A DNA stretch of 64,000 bases from contig CM052820.1 of NCBI GenBank assembly GCA_028534125.1, positions 61,318,001-61,382,000 of the forward strand, read 5' to 3'. The DNA is from Lama glama (taxonomy: Eukaryota). The notes below the pieces were generated by a model. That model was not told the DNA's origin and did no database searches. It saw nothing but the letters and a program-made list of their open reading frames with translations. Position 1 is the stretch's first letter, and every line of letters begins with the position of its first letter. Positions 13,790 to 25,990 of the stretch are shown in pieces. Made by a program: the position numbers and the translations under genes.

Positions 13790-14030
13790 TTTTTATTGAC
13801 TGCATACTCTTAACACACGCCAGGTGTTTTCCTAAGTCTTTTAATGTGTGTCGACTCATTTACGCTGCACAGTAACCCTATGAGACAGATTCTGTTATTC
13901 TCCCAGTTTTATAGATGAAGTCAGGGCGCTAAGGCATTAATATCACAAAGCCAGTAAGTATAGGAGCTGTGACTGGAATATCAACAGTTGCACTCCGGAG
14001 CTCACACTCTTCACCATCATTACATACCAC
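13790..14030 (-). mobile_element. MIR SINE
   Basis: MIR core: accctatgagacagattctgttattctcccagttttatagatgaag. Confidence 0.75.
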
Positions 14031-14496
14031 TCTCTCAATGAATTTACAAATGTTGCTTTCCTCATCTGGTGTAAAAAGCCTGTAGCCCCCTTAAGTGGTG
14101 GCTTTTTTTTCTTCCACAGACTTGGTTCATTATGTCTGTAAGTGCTAATAGGTGTTCTTCATGCCTCTCATTGTCTCATCCAAATAACTGATAGGCATTC
14201 TTTCCTAAAACCCCAGTTTTAACCTCAAAACATCACTCTCTACCGTACTCTACTCTGCTTTGTGGCAGTCAGCTACAGACTTACCTGGTCCTCCTTTCTT
14301 CCTTCAACGCAGAGCACCTGGACCACTATGGTTCTCACCAGTACTCCCCCTGCCTTGGGTTTCAGTGGTCTCAGTGTTTTATAGACAACCCTTCCCACTT
14401 CGTGGGCCTCTCAGGCTCATTTACCCCTGATTCCTCCAATCACCTGAACCCCACCATATCTCAGCCCCTCTCCCCCTCAGCCACGCAGTAGGTCAT

Positions 14497-14797
14497 TGTC
14501 AGCCAAGAGGGGCTGGAGAGGGATCTCAAGAGGTGAGTTGCCCAACTGGAAGAAGGTTGCAAGGACCCGACATAGAGCAAAACAGCACTTTATTGCAGTA
14601 CAAGTGGGTGATACGCACAGTGGACGGCGGCCCTCAGGTGTAAGCACTTGTCCTTTTATGATGTTAGTGGCGCATGCGCGGTGTTCATAATGCCGACTCA
14701 CGCTACTAGCGCATGCGTACATTTATCTCTTACCAGGTGCAAGCTATTGTAAACTTTCGCCTGGGCCCCATGGCCCACTCACTTAAGGCTGCAGACA
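14497..14797 (-). mobile_element. ERV solo LTR, 301 bp, CpG-rich, family not recognised
   Basis: TGTC...GACA inverted termini and a 5-bp TSD gtcat/gttat (14492-14496 and 14798-14802). On the minus strand a TATA-like CATAAAAG (~14653-14660) precedes AATAAA (~14589-14594). Confidence 0.75.
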
Positions 14798-14809
14798 GTT
14801 ATACACAGA

Positions 14810-16965
14810 TTAACCAAACTGCCCCTTCTCCAGAATCTCGTATTTAAGCCATCTCCTCTCTGACCAGGTCCTCTCATCTTCCCAGACGCTAATTTTAGTT
14901 CCCAGACCCCAATTACTCTTCATCTTCATTGGGACCTGATTTATATTATCTGAGCGTCTATTCCCGCCCCCACATCTCCTTCCTGTTTTAGCGTCTATTT
15001 TACCAATGTGAGATCAAACCGCTCCTAATTATAAACAGCTTCTCCTATTCACGCAGGAAGCTCAGGCTCCTCCCTTGTTTTGCTGTCCATGTTTAATGAG
15101 ACACCAAATCAACTTACTTCACTCACAGACTCACTGCATTTGCTCTGAACCTGTCCTAGCATAGCTCACAGCGGCTAGTGAAAAATACACAGCTATGCTA
15201 ACCGGCAAAATCTTGAGCCATGACCACTAATCTCCTGTGGTCCTGGTCTACTCATGTGCCTTCTCTCTCAGAATTATGTTATTCTCTGGCCTCGGACATC
15301 TAACACATCCCTCTCCCTAGCCTTCTATTCGTTGAGACAAAAGAAATAATCAGAAAAGAAGTTCCACTGGCCCTGGCAACTCCTCTGAACCTGCGCCCAC
15401 ACACTCTGCCATCTCTCCTATCACTTGTGGACGACCCGCTTGGGCTCCGGTCTCCAGCCACTCCGTTTTTGCACCAGATTCCAGTCCTTCTACCTCGTGC
15501 AAGGACGTCCTTTGAGAAATTTCTCCTTTGTCCTGCCTCATCAATTCACATGAGCATACAAACTTTAATATTTCCTACCAGAAGAGACGGAGAGGGAGAG
15601 AGAGCAAGCTATCATCCTTACCTTTCCAACGAATCTGTAATCCAGCAGTGCCCTCCATGTTGCTAAATAAGACACAGCAGTCAATTCTCTGCTCTTGATA
15701 GTATTTGGCCAGTTACCCTCTCCTCGAAACATTTTCTTTGGTTGAAACCTGTAACAGCTCTCTTGCTTGCGTCTTCACTGACTACACCATCTTTGTTTCC
15801 TTTGCTGATAGACTCCGCCTCCTCCAGCTTGTAAACCAGTGCTTCTCAATTCCCGCTGAATATGAGAATCACCTGGTATCCCTGGTAGTTTAAAACAAAA
15901 AGAATCACCTGCTAAATTTTTTAAATACATTGATGCCCAAGCCTCAAGCAGACTAATTAAATCAGAATCTCTGGGGGCGAGGTATCAGGCTTGGGCAATT
16001 CTGTTCAAGATTTCCCAGGTGATTCTGATGTGCAGCCGGGCCGAGGACTACTGTAAACACTGGTGTGCCCCAGGGCCCCATCTCAGACCTTGAGTATCTT
16101 CTATCCACACTTCCCTAAGTGATCTCATCCAATCTCTTGGCTTCAATACCTGATGTCTTCTAAACTGGTATCTGCAGCCCAAGCCTTTCTCCTGAACTCT
16201 GGAATTCTATGTATGACTCCCTGTTGTCATCTACACTTGGATGTGTAATATGTTTCTCAAAGTTAACGTGTCCTGCATTCAGCCCTAAGAACTAGCAATT
16301 TCATCTTTCCAGCTCCACGGACCCACACACAGGTAAATGCTGTGATCTTGAAGTCACCATTTATGCCTCTCCTACAATCTCATCTCCAAACTGTCAGCCA
16401 GTTCTGTTTCAAAATAAGCCTAGGCTCTGATTACTTCTCTCACCACTTTCAACGTTAAACTCGGATTTTAGCCCTTATCTTCTTTTACTGCATTATTGCT
16501 CTAGTTCAGCATGTCATGCCACTGCTTAGAAACATAACAGCATCAATCACCTAAACTCCCTCTATGATGTGAGCACCTGCTCTCACTCTGAACCCATCTC
16601 CCTTCACCTTCTTTTACTCTTTCCACTCCAAGCGCACTAGGTATTGTACTATTCCTGAAGCACGGCAGGTACACTCTTCCTTTTGTACTTGGTGTTCCAT
16701 CGCCCTGGAACATCCTTCCCTCAGATATCTCTCCTGATTCACTCAAATGCCATTTCATCAGCAAGCTCTTCCCTGGCCACCCTACACAAAACGGCACCTC
16801 CTCAGCCTGCACTCCCTATTATCCACCTCGGCTCCACGTGTGTGTTTGTTTTTAGTCTCTCCAAATAAAATAGAAGCTTCTCAAGGGCAGGGTTTTTATC
16901 TAAGCCTGGAATGGTTCTGGGCATGTTGTAGGCATTCAGTAACCACTTTCTGAGCAAATGAGTCC
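14810..16965 (+). mobile_element. LINE-2 (L2a-like) body and 3' end, interrupted by MER5A
   Basis: Typical L2 sequence gtgatctcatccaatctcttggcttcaatacc...cctttctcctgaactc and 3' tail gtaggcattcagtaacc...aaatgagt. Confidence 0.75.
15838..16052. mobile_element. MER5A-like hAT-Charlie MITE
   Basis: cagtgcttctcaa...agaatcacctg...aatcagaatctctggg...ccaggtgattctgatgtgcagcc...gaggactactg. Confidence 0.85.
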
Positions 16966-18459
16966 TGGTGGGGAGCTAAGGATTCTAGCCATAGCCTATG
17001 TGATGCTCTGGTAAGTAACAGAACACCATAGACCAGACAAGGCTTTTGGAAATAATACACCTTGGAAGCCTTCGCCCTTTCCCCTTTTATTAGGATTATC
17101 CCTTTGAATTGGGTGTGGAAATTGGGACAAGACTAAAACAGATATTGCATTACTGTGGCTTAAAATAAATCATTGCGAGATGTGTATTCTCTGAGTCACG
17201 CTCGAGCTGGAACATTTTCTTCCTTCATTTACATACTCTCTGTCTCTTTCCTAAATTCTCTAAGACCCTACAGAACCACAGTTCCTGAGAGAGAAGTCTT
17301 GGTACTGTTACCAAAACATTCATCACATAAGTAAAATCAAACAACACAGTGCAAGATAAAAATGAAATCAAAATATATTGGATAGTAAAAATAAGTCTCA
17401 CTGAAACTGAAATTCAGTCCTGTATCTACACTACAAATTTTAAATTACAAGCAGAACTCCAGCCCCCTCCACCCCCTGCAATTAAGGAAATGAAGTTGGA
17501 TGTCTTCCTGAAAAACTTTATAACTGAGCCAAAAAAGAAAGGAAGGCCTTTTGCCAGAGTCAGTTCTGAGAATCCTTAGCGGCCAAACACAAGTTAAATG
17601 TTGAATGCTAAAATCTGATACTTCCTATTTACATGGTAGCAACTAAATGACCAACTACAACAATACTTTTAACGAATTCCATTTACTCAATTTATCTGCA
17701 AAATTTCTTTAAATATTTTAACCAGGATTTTTCTTTACTGCCTGTGTGTTAAAATTTTCTAATTATGTATGACAGTCTCTAGCTCATAAATATTAGCAAA
17801 ACTTAGCACTCCCTTTACTTTAGGACAAACTCTTCAAAGATTAAAAAGTAGGAAGAAAATTTCTATCTTTTGAGAGTCAGGTAAATATGTGAATCTAGCA
17901 TATTGTTTCCTACACACACTAGATGTCACTATATGACCTGAAATATTGGCTGCAATCTTATCTATTTCTTTACTATCTTCATAGGCAAGATTGGCACATG
18001 TTACACAATAATTCCAAGGCATGTTTCCCAAACAGCCGGCCCTCTTGCTTGTATTTGGTCAATTGCATCCATAAAAATAAATTCCTTTTCACTTCCCTCA
18101 GCAATTCTGTACATTAAACTGCAAAACAACATTATAGTTTCCCTTTTCATCAACTCCCCCCTTCCCAAATTCTAATATCAAATAGAAATGTTTGCACTTG
18201 ATGAGTAAAGAATACACCCTGTTCTAAAAAATTGCTGGGAGAGACTTAAAAGAAAGGAACAATTAGCTACTGGGCTAAATGTGTTTCAAATTCAACATCT
18301 AGTTCTTGAGTGCCTTCTGTGTATCAGACATCACAGGCAGCAGGAGACTGACACACGAAGCAGGTAAAACAACAGCTGTGGGACCACAGAGGCAGAGGCT
18401 CAGGAGGGATTCAGGCCACAGACATCAAGCCCAAAGAAAAATAGCTAATCTGCATTTTA

Positions 18460-21450
18460 AAAACTCATTTAACTGACAGAATTCACCAGTGAAATCACTT
18501 GAAATGAGTTTTTTTAATTAAAAAAATTCACTTTAACAGGCATAGGCCTAGGAAGATTTTCTGTTTCACATTATGTCAATTTTTGATAAACTTTATTTGT
18601 CAAGAAATTGGTCCATTTCATTTAAGTTGTAAAATTTTTGGAATAAAAGTTGTTGACAGTATTTGATTGTTTTCCTTTTAATATGTGTAGGACCTTTCAT
18701 TTCCAGCATTGGTGATTTGATTTCTCTCTCACTAAACAATGATCATTTTTGTTTGGGGTTTATCAGTTTTGGTCATATCTTCAAAGAACCAGGCTTTCAT
18801 GTGAATTTTTTCCTATTGTTCATCTGCTTTCTATTTCAGTGATTTCTTCTCTTAGTTTTATTATCTGCCTTCTATTTTGGGGGGATTATTTCACTCTCAC
18901 TTATCTAGCTTCTACTGGTCGAGCTTTAGGTCATTCATTTGGGGCCTTTCATTTCTAATAGTATTTAAAGCTAAGTGTACCCCTAAATGCTGCTTTTGTT
19001 ACATCCCACATATTTTGATATATTGTTTTCTCATTATCATTTAGTTTGAAAATTCTATTTCGTTTATGTTTTTCCTTTTACTCATGGACCATTAAAAAAA
19101 TGTAGGTTGTTAGGTGACTGGATAAAGTTGTGATATATTTACACAATGGAATACTACTCAGCCATAAAAAAGAGTAAAATAGTGACATTTGCAGCAACAT
19201 GGATAGACCTATAGATGGTCATATTAAGTGTAGTAAGCTAGAAAGAGAAAGAAAAGTACCATATGATATCAATTATATGTGGAATCTAAACAAAAATGAC
19301 ACAAATGAACTTATTTACAGAACAGAAACATACTCACAGGCACAGAAAACAAACTTACAGTTACCAGGGGGGAAAGGGGTGAAAGGGAATAATTTGGGAG
19401 TTCAGGATTTGCAGATAATAACTACTATATTTAAAACAGATAAGCAAGTTTCTACTGGGGAATTGCACAGGGAATTGCATTCAATATCTGACAGCAACCT
19501 ATAATGAAAAAGAATATGAAAAGGAATATATGTATATGTATGACTGAAACATTATGCTGCACACCAGAAATTGACACAACATTGTAAACTGACTGTACTT
19601 CAATTGAAAAAAGTAGGTTGTTAAATTTCCAAATATTGGGGGGATTTTCATAGATGTTTCATTATAACTGAATACCAATTTAATTGTCTTACCATCAGAA
19701 AATATGGTCTATAATATTTCAATACTTTTAAATTTAGTGAGATTAGTTTCAGGGTCCAACATATGGTCTATCTTGGTGACTGTATCACATACACTAAAAG
19801 AGTGTACTCAGTAGTTATTAAGGGAGGTATGCATATTCTATAAATACCAATTGGGTCAAAGTGGTTGCAGCTTATTTTCTGAGTTCTCTTAGCTCTGCTA
19901 CTATGTCCACTTTTACATGAACATTGTTTCTTTCTTTCTTTGTTGTTCCTGTTTAGCTCAATTTGTTTTCTATTCCCAGTACAGTGGGGCTTTGACTTTG
20001 ATGTGGAAGGGAGATTTGGCTGACTCATTCTGAGAGTTCATGATCTCAGGCTCTCCTGTCAGCTCCGTTTGTCTTTTCTGCGGATCACAGGTACTTACCC
20101 ATTACTGGGTTGTGCAAACCAACCCAAAAAGTATTAATGATGTTCTCCAATTGCTTCACTAAGCTTCTGGATGAGTACCTGTGAGCTGATTTGATATTCT
20201 CATGTCCTTCAGATACCCTATTGCTTTCCTGTTTCTTCCCACGCTGATGCTAATCATACATTGGTCTTACAGCTGTTGGTGGGTTGTCCTATATTTTAGG
20301 GATAGTGGGGATATTTCATCACCTCATTTTGTTGTAGATGCTTCCCTGGAGTTTGATTTTCATAAATTAATTGTCCTGTGTCTTTTAATTTTGGGGGGGG
20401 CGTTTGAGAAGATACATAAACTATTCCACCATCCAGTTTCACTGGGTCCATATGTTACAAAATTCATCTTTTGATTTGAAATTCTTAATTAATATAGAAA
20501 TAAACATAGTATGGTTTGGATCTGTTTCTGAGTTTCCTCATATGCTCTTCTGGCCGTTTCCTTCATTAGTACTGTACTGTTTCAGTTCTTACAGGGAAAG
20601 TCTATGCTCATTGGTATCCCTTTCAAAATGATTTCAATATTTTCATTAAGTATTAAAGTAAATCCCTTTGGGATTTTGACTAAAACAACACTATGTCTTA
20701 TAAATGAATTTAGATAGAATTAAGCTCTTTAACTATATTAACTACCTAATCCAGGAATGTGGTACATTATTTGTTTATGCAAATTTTCTTTTATGTTTTC
20801 TAGCACAGTTTTAAAGTTCTTCTTTATAAAGCTTCACATTTAAGTTTATTTTAGGCAGATTATATGTTTCATGGTTATTGTGAAGTGGCTCATTTCTAAC
20901 ATATTATAATCTGTTATTGTTGGGTTAAAGGAAACTTATTATTGCACATTGACCATTTGGCCTTTTTTATTTAAACTCCTAATTAGAAAAGTTAGGTTCA
21001 TATATTATATAACAAACTAATATGTGATATGTTAATGTATTTTATACTTATTCTTAGAATAAACCATAATTGGTTGGGGATAGTATTAAGATACTATTAG
21101 GTTGACTTAACAGGTGTTTTCTTTATAATTTTGCATTTATTCTTAAACAAGGATAGTCTGTGGTTTATTTTTGGTATAGTACTTTTAAGCTTGGGGTATC
21201 AGGGTAAAGCCACATTTACAAAATGTATAAGGAGGCTCTCCAACTGTGTATGTGATCTTTGTAGAGCATGAGAGCATTTGTTTCTTGAAAGCCTGATTTA
21301 ATTCATGAGTAAGATGGTTTAAGACCAATATTCTTCTTGAAAGCAAAATTTTAATTACTTTTCCAATACAGTATCTGAGTTTTGACCTGCTAGGATTTTT
21401 TTTATACTTGGGCCAATCTTGATAACTTACATTTGTCTAACAAATCAACT
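18460..21450 (-). mobile_element. Ancient L1 (L1M/L1ME-like) fragments
   Basis: T-rich degenerate antisense ORF2 (gaaattggtccatttcatttaagttg; catcccacatattttgatatattg). Confidence 0.6.
19113..19612 (+). mobile_element. Young 5'-truncated L1 3' end (camelid type) with TSD
   Basis: atggaatactactcagccataaaaaag...gacacaacattgtaaactgactgtacttcaa plus A-tail, flanked by the direct repeat gtaggttgtta (19102-19112 and 19613-19623). Confidence 0.92.
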
Positions 21451-21469
21451 ACCCTTTAAAATGAATTTG

Positions 21470-21979
21470 TATAATAGAAAAGAACAAGTCTGACTCCATA
21501 TTAGATCTGTTCCTTCAGCTTTAACACTATGCTCTGTTTCCTGGACTGGCTCTGCCCCTTTTGTAAAAGAATGTTGCCTATAGCCTGAAATATACAGGAT
21601 AGCCTATTCTCAAGGCTCTAACCTTTAAGGGTATTAACATTTTTGCATTCATAGAAAGATAAAAAGCTGCAGAATAGAAAAGAACATTTGTCTTGTTAGA
21701 GGTTTGCAGGAATACCACGACCTGACCTACATGGACAGTTGCAAGAACAAAGGATTCCAACACCAAGAAGTTTGAAACAACCAATCACACCCCCTCCCTT
21801 TTTAATATAAAAGGAGCCTAGATTCTGACTTGGAGAAAATGGTTCTCTAGGACATTAATCCCCCAGCTTCTTGGTCTGCCTGCTTTCTGAATCAAGTCGT
21901 TATTCCTAGCCCTAACACCCCGTCTTCTGATTTATTGGCCTGTCGTGTGGCAAGCAGAATGAGTTTGGACTCGGTAACC
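21470..21979 (+). mobile_element. ERV1 solo LTR, MER41-like (artiodactyl type)
   Basis: Starts ...aagaacaagtctgactccatattagatctg and ends gagtttggactcggtaac. Contains CCAAT (~21781) and TATAAAA (~21806). Putative 4-bp TSD tttg/ttta. Confidence 0.8.
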
Positions 21980-22034
21980 TTTACATAGAATTATCTACAA
22001 TACCCTCTTTTAAGTTTGAACCGACTATCTCGAG

Positions 22035-22512
22035 ATCATAGTTTTCTAGGATTGATGCAATAAATTACAACAAACTTTCTGGATTAAAACATTTGTTATC
22101 TTCTAAGTCCAAAACGGGCCTCACTGGCTAAAATCAGGGTGTTGGCAGGCTTGTTTTACTTCCTAGGAGCTCTAGCAGGGGAGTCTATTTCCTCAACCTT
22201 TTCAACTGCTGGAGGCCATCTACATTGCTTGGCTCGTGGCCCTCTTGCTCCCTACTCAAAGCCAGCAACAGCAATCAAAGCTCTCATATCAAATCACTCT
22301 GATCTCTTCTGCCTCGCTCTTCCCTATTTAAGGACCCTTGTGATTACATTAATACTACCCAGGAATCCAGGATAATCTCATTTTAAGGTCAACTGGTTAG
22401 CAACCTTCCTTCCATCTACAACTTTCCCCTTTGCCATGCAAGGAAACATAGTCAAAGGTTCTAGGGTCAGCACATAGTCGTATCTTGGATGACCATTCCT
22501 ATGCTCTCCACA
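22035..22512. mobile_element. MaLR solo LTR (MLT1C-like)
   Basis: aagtccaaaacgggcctcactggctaaaatcagggtgttggcagg...aaggacccttgtgattacatt...ccaca. Confidence 0.8.
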
Positions 22513-22879
22513 CTGTGATTGTAAAATTATTCTTGTAAATTAACTTTTAGAGTAATTGCATTACACTGTGGTCAAAAAATGTGCTGAGGGTTTTTTTTCG
22601 TTTGTAGTTTCGGTGTAGTCAAATGTTATTTGTTCAGTTTCTGTTACTTTCATTATGAGAAACTGCTTTATATTTTAGTCTAGGTATTATGACTCACTTA
22701 TGGAATGGATTTTATTCTGCATTATGACATGGAAAAGGAATCTAATTGGATTTAATTTAATCCAAGCAAATTATAGCACCATTTACTCTGTAACTCATCC
22801 TTTCTCCTATTGATTTGTAATAGTTCTATTTTCTCACTTAAATTCTTAAGCACACCACGGGACATGTGTTCTATTCTGA

Positions 22880-24240
22880 ATGAGAATGGCCCCTTAGCTT
22901 ACACCACACATAAAAATCAACTCAAAATGTACTGAAGACTTAAATGAAGACCTGAAACTATTAAACTTCTAGAAGAAAACATAGGCATTAAACTCTTTGA
23001 TGTCAATCTGGGGAATGATTTTTTTTTTTTTGTATTTGATACAAAAACGAAGGCNNNNNNNNNNNNNNNNNNNNNNNNNNNNNNNNNNNNNNNNNNNNNN
23101 NNNNNNNNNNNNNNNNNNNNNNNNNNNNNNNNNNNNNNNNNNNNNNNNNNNNNNNNNNNNNNNNNNNNNNNNNNNNNNNNNNNNNNNNNNNNTTCAAAAT
23201 ATACAAGGTACTCATAACAAATAAATAAATAAATAACCTTTTCAAAAATGGGCTAAGGATCTGAATAGATACTTCTCAAAGAAAACATACAAATGGCTGA
23301 CATGTATGTGAAAGGATGCTTAACATCACTAATCATCAGGGAAACGCAGGTCAGAACCACAATGAGATAGTGCGCCACGCCTGTTAGAATGCTATTAGTC
23401 AAAAGATAAGTGTTGCCAAGGATTAGAGAAAAGGGCACTGCTAATGNNNNNNNNNNNNNNNNNNNNNNNNNNNNNNNNNNNNNNNNNNNNNNNNNNNNNN
23501 NNNNNNNNNNNNNNNNNNNNNNNNNNNNNNNNNNNNNNNNNNNNNNNNNNNNNNNNNNNNNNNNNNNNNNNNNNNNNNNNNNNNNATACCTGCATTTCTG
23601 TGCTCATTGCAGCATTATTCACAGTAGTCAAAACTCGGAAGCAATNNNNNNNNNNNNNNNNNNNNNNNNNNNNNNNNNNNNNNNNNNNNNNNNNNNNNNN
23701 NNNNNNNNNNNNNNNNNNNNNNNNNNNNNNNNNNNNNNNNNNNNNNNNNNNNNNNNNNNNNNNNNNNNNNNNNNCCCTGGAGGACGTTATGGTAAGAGAA
23801 ATAAGCCAGACAGAGAAACACAAATACTGCATGATCTCAGTTATATGCGCAATCTAAAAAGTCAAACTCATAGAGACTTGGTGGTTACCAGGGGCTGGTG
23901 TGGTGGGGGAAAATGGGGAAATGTTCATCCAAAGTTACAAACTTTCAGTTCTAAGATTAATAAGTTCTGGAGACCTAATGCACAGCATGGTGACTATAGT
24001 TAATAATACTATATTCAATATTTCAATATTCAAGTATTGAATACTTGAAATTTACTAAGAGAATAGATCTCAACTGTTCTCACTGCCTCCCTGAAAAAGT
24101 AATTATGTGAGGATATGGATATATTAATTAGCTTGATTATGGAAATCCTTACATAATGTTTGTGTATATCCAAACATCATATTGTACACCTTAAATATAT
24201 ACCATTTTTGTCATTTATACTTCAATAAATCTGGAAAAAA
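22880..24240 (+). mobile_element. L1MA-like 3' portion (ORF2 end and 3' UTR), containing three N gaps
   Basis: caccacacataaaaatcaactcaaaatg...catattgtacaccttaaatatatacc...aataaatctggaaaaaa. Confidence 0.9.
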
Positions 24241-25639
24241 TAAGTCTGGAGGTTAGTAATTCCACTTGCATGTGCTAACTTCTATTGACAGTCTACCCTG
24301 CCACAACCAAATATAAGCTAAGATTGAGAAAAAGTAAACGTGCCCCACCAACTTTAAATGTCTAAGTGCTATCCAAAAAATTCTTGGACAATAGGGGACA
24401 AGAAGAGATACTTGACATTTAGGAGTTAACAATTTAAAAAGGGAGATGGATAAGGCTCCATTATTTTTTTCCCCTGGGGTTCTCAATTGTCTCTGCCTTC
24501 TAACATTGAAACTAGCTTTGGATGTATCACAGATGCATCATCCAGAAATTGGATGAGTTTCAAAAATGCCACTACGTCAGCTCCTTAGAGATTAAATACA
24601 GGCAGGCTCTCCAGCAATGGCTTTGCAGAATGCAGTCAGACCACTAGATGGATTCGTGAACCACCAAAGACATCATTAACTGAGTTGGACGTAGAGCTGG
24701 TTGGTATGACTATCAAAGTAAAAGTGGGTCACGGCAGCCTGGAGAAAAAAAAAAAGAGAGAGATTTTTTTCAAAGCATCACAAAAGCACCACTGGAAGCA
24801 GAGTATTACAGCACAGGGTTGCTGAGAGACAAGGAGGACCTAAAAGAACACCCTAGCAGGAAGGACTCAGAGTCACTGCTCAGTGTGCGTGGATGTGACT
24901 CGCTGAATGCAGAGATGCAGCAAGAGGAGAAGCCGGCATCACAGAGAAAGAACTGTAGTTCACAGGGTAGAAACGCCTTCCCTGGTCATCTCAGTCAGGT
25001 CCCCTGTGGGGACAATGGCCTCTTTCACAAAGCTGTTCAGCACAACTGAAGACACTGAAACCAAAAGTGGGTGTTTACCTTCTGGGTGCTGTCTTCTATG
25101 AATTCTAGAAACGAGGAGCCACCTCTGTCACGGGGCTACCCGGCACCTCTGGTGTGATTTCTTTAACATCACAGGACTTTATGCTCTCCATTTACCTTAA
25201 TAATCCTTAGCACTGCCTGCAGATATTCTTTCTAAAATGCAAATATGACTTTTTCTGTCTGCTGCTGAAAACCCTTCAGTGGATCCCCAGGGCTTTCAAG
25301 TGGAAATCCAAATTCCGTAAGATAACATAAAAGCACTCCGTGGGCTGGCCTTTCCAAACTCTCTAATCATTCTCCATCTTGTAGTGGTCAACATTCCAAA
25401 AATACAGAAGTACTTGCAGATACAAAACACACCTTGGCGCATTCATCACACTTCACCTGGGTAACCTCTCTTCAACTCATCCTTCAAGACTCAGCTCACT
25501 ACCATTGCTCATCCGCACTCTCCCAGTGCCCCAGTGCATCTGGCTTAGATGTTCTTCATCTGCCTCCAGCAGAATCAGTCTACAGTATTGGCCTCTTTGT
25601 TGGTCTGCCCTCCCAATTACTAGAAAGCAGAGACTGCAT

Positions 25640-25990
25640 CTCTTAGTTCTTGCCTTTGTCCTTTCAGGATGCTACAACAAAAAAACCACAGACTGTAAAT
25701 ATGTATTTCTCACCATTCTGAAGGCTGTCAAGTCCAAGATCAAGTTGCTGACAGGTTCAGTGTCTGTGAGGGCTCGCTCTTTGGTTCATAGATGGCCATT
25801 NNNNNNNNNNNNNNNNNNNNNNNNNNNNNNNNNNNNNNNNNNNNNNNNNNNNNNNNNNNNNNNNNNNNNNNNNNNNNNNNNNNNNNNNNNNNNNNNNNNN
25901 NNNNNNNNNNNNNNNNNNNNNNNNNNNNNNNNNNNNNNNNNNNNNNNNNNNNNNATATAGATTTCAAAATATGAATTTTGGGGGTAGAGC
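25640..25990. mobile_element. MaLR solo LTR (MLT1A-like), containing an N gap
   Basis: tatttctcaccattctgaaggctgtcaagtccaagatcaagttgctgacaggttcagtgtctg...atgaattttgggggt. Confidence 0.8.

Noticed and set aside
22997-24003. ORFs containing X-runs (also at 5427-5771, 25505-25974, 30342-30705 and 44663-45193)
   Set aside because: Open only because N gaps hide stop codons; flanks are L1 or MLT1 sequence.
24641-24653. CTCF-like CCACTAGATGGAT
   Set aside because: Lacks the GGC(A/G) end of the core and has no supporting context.
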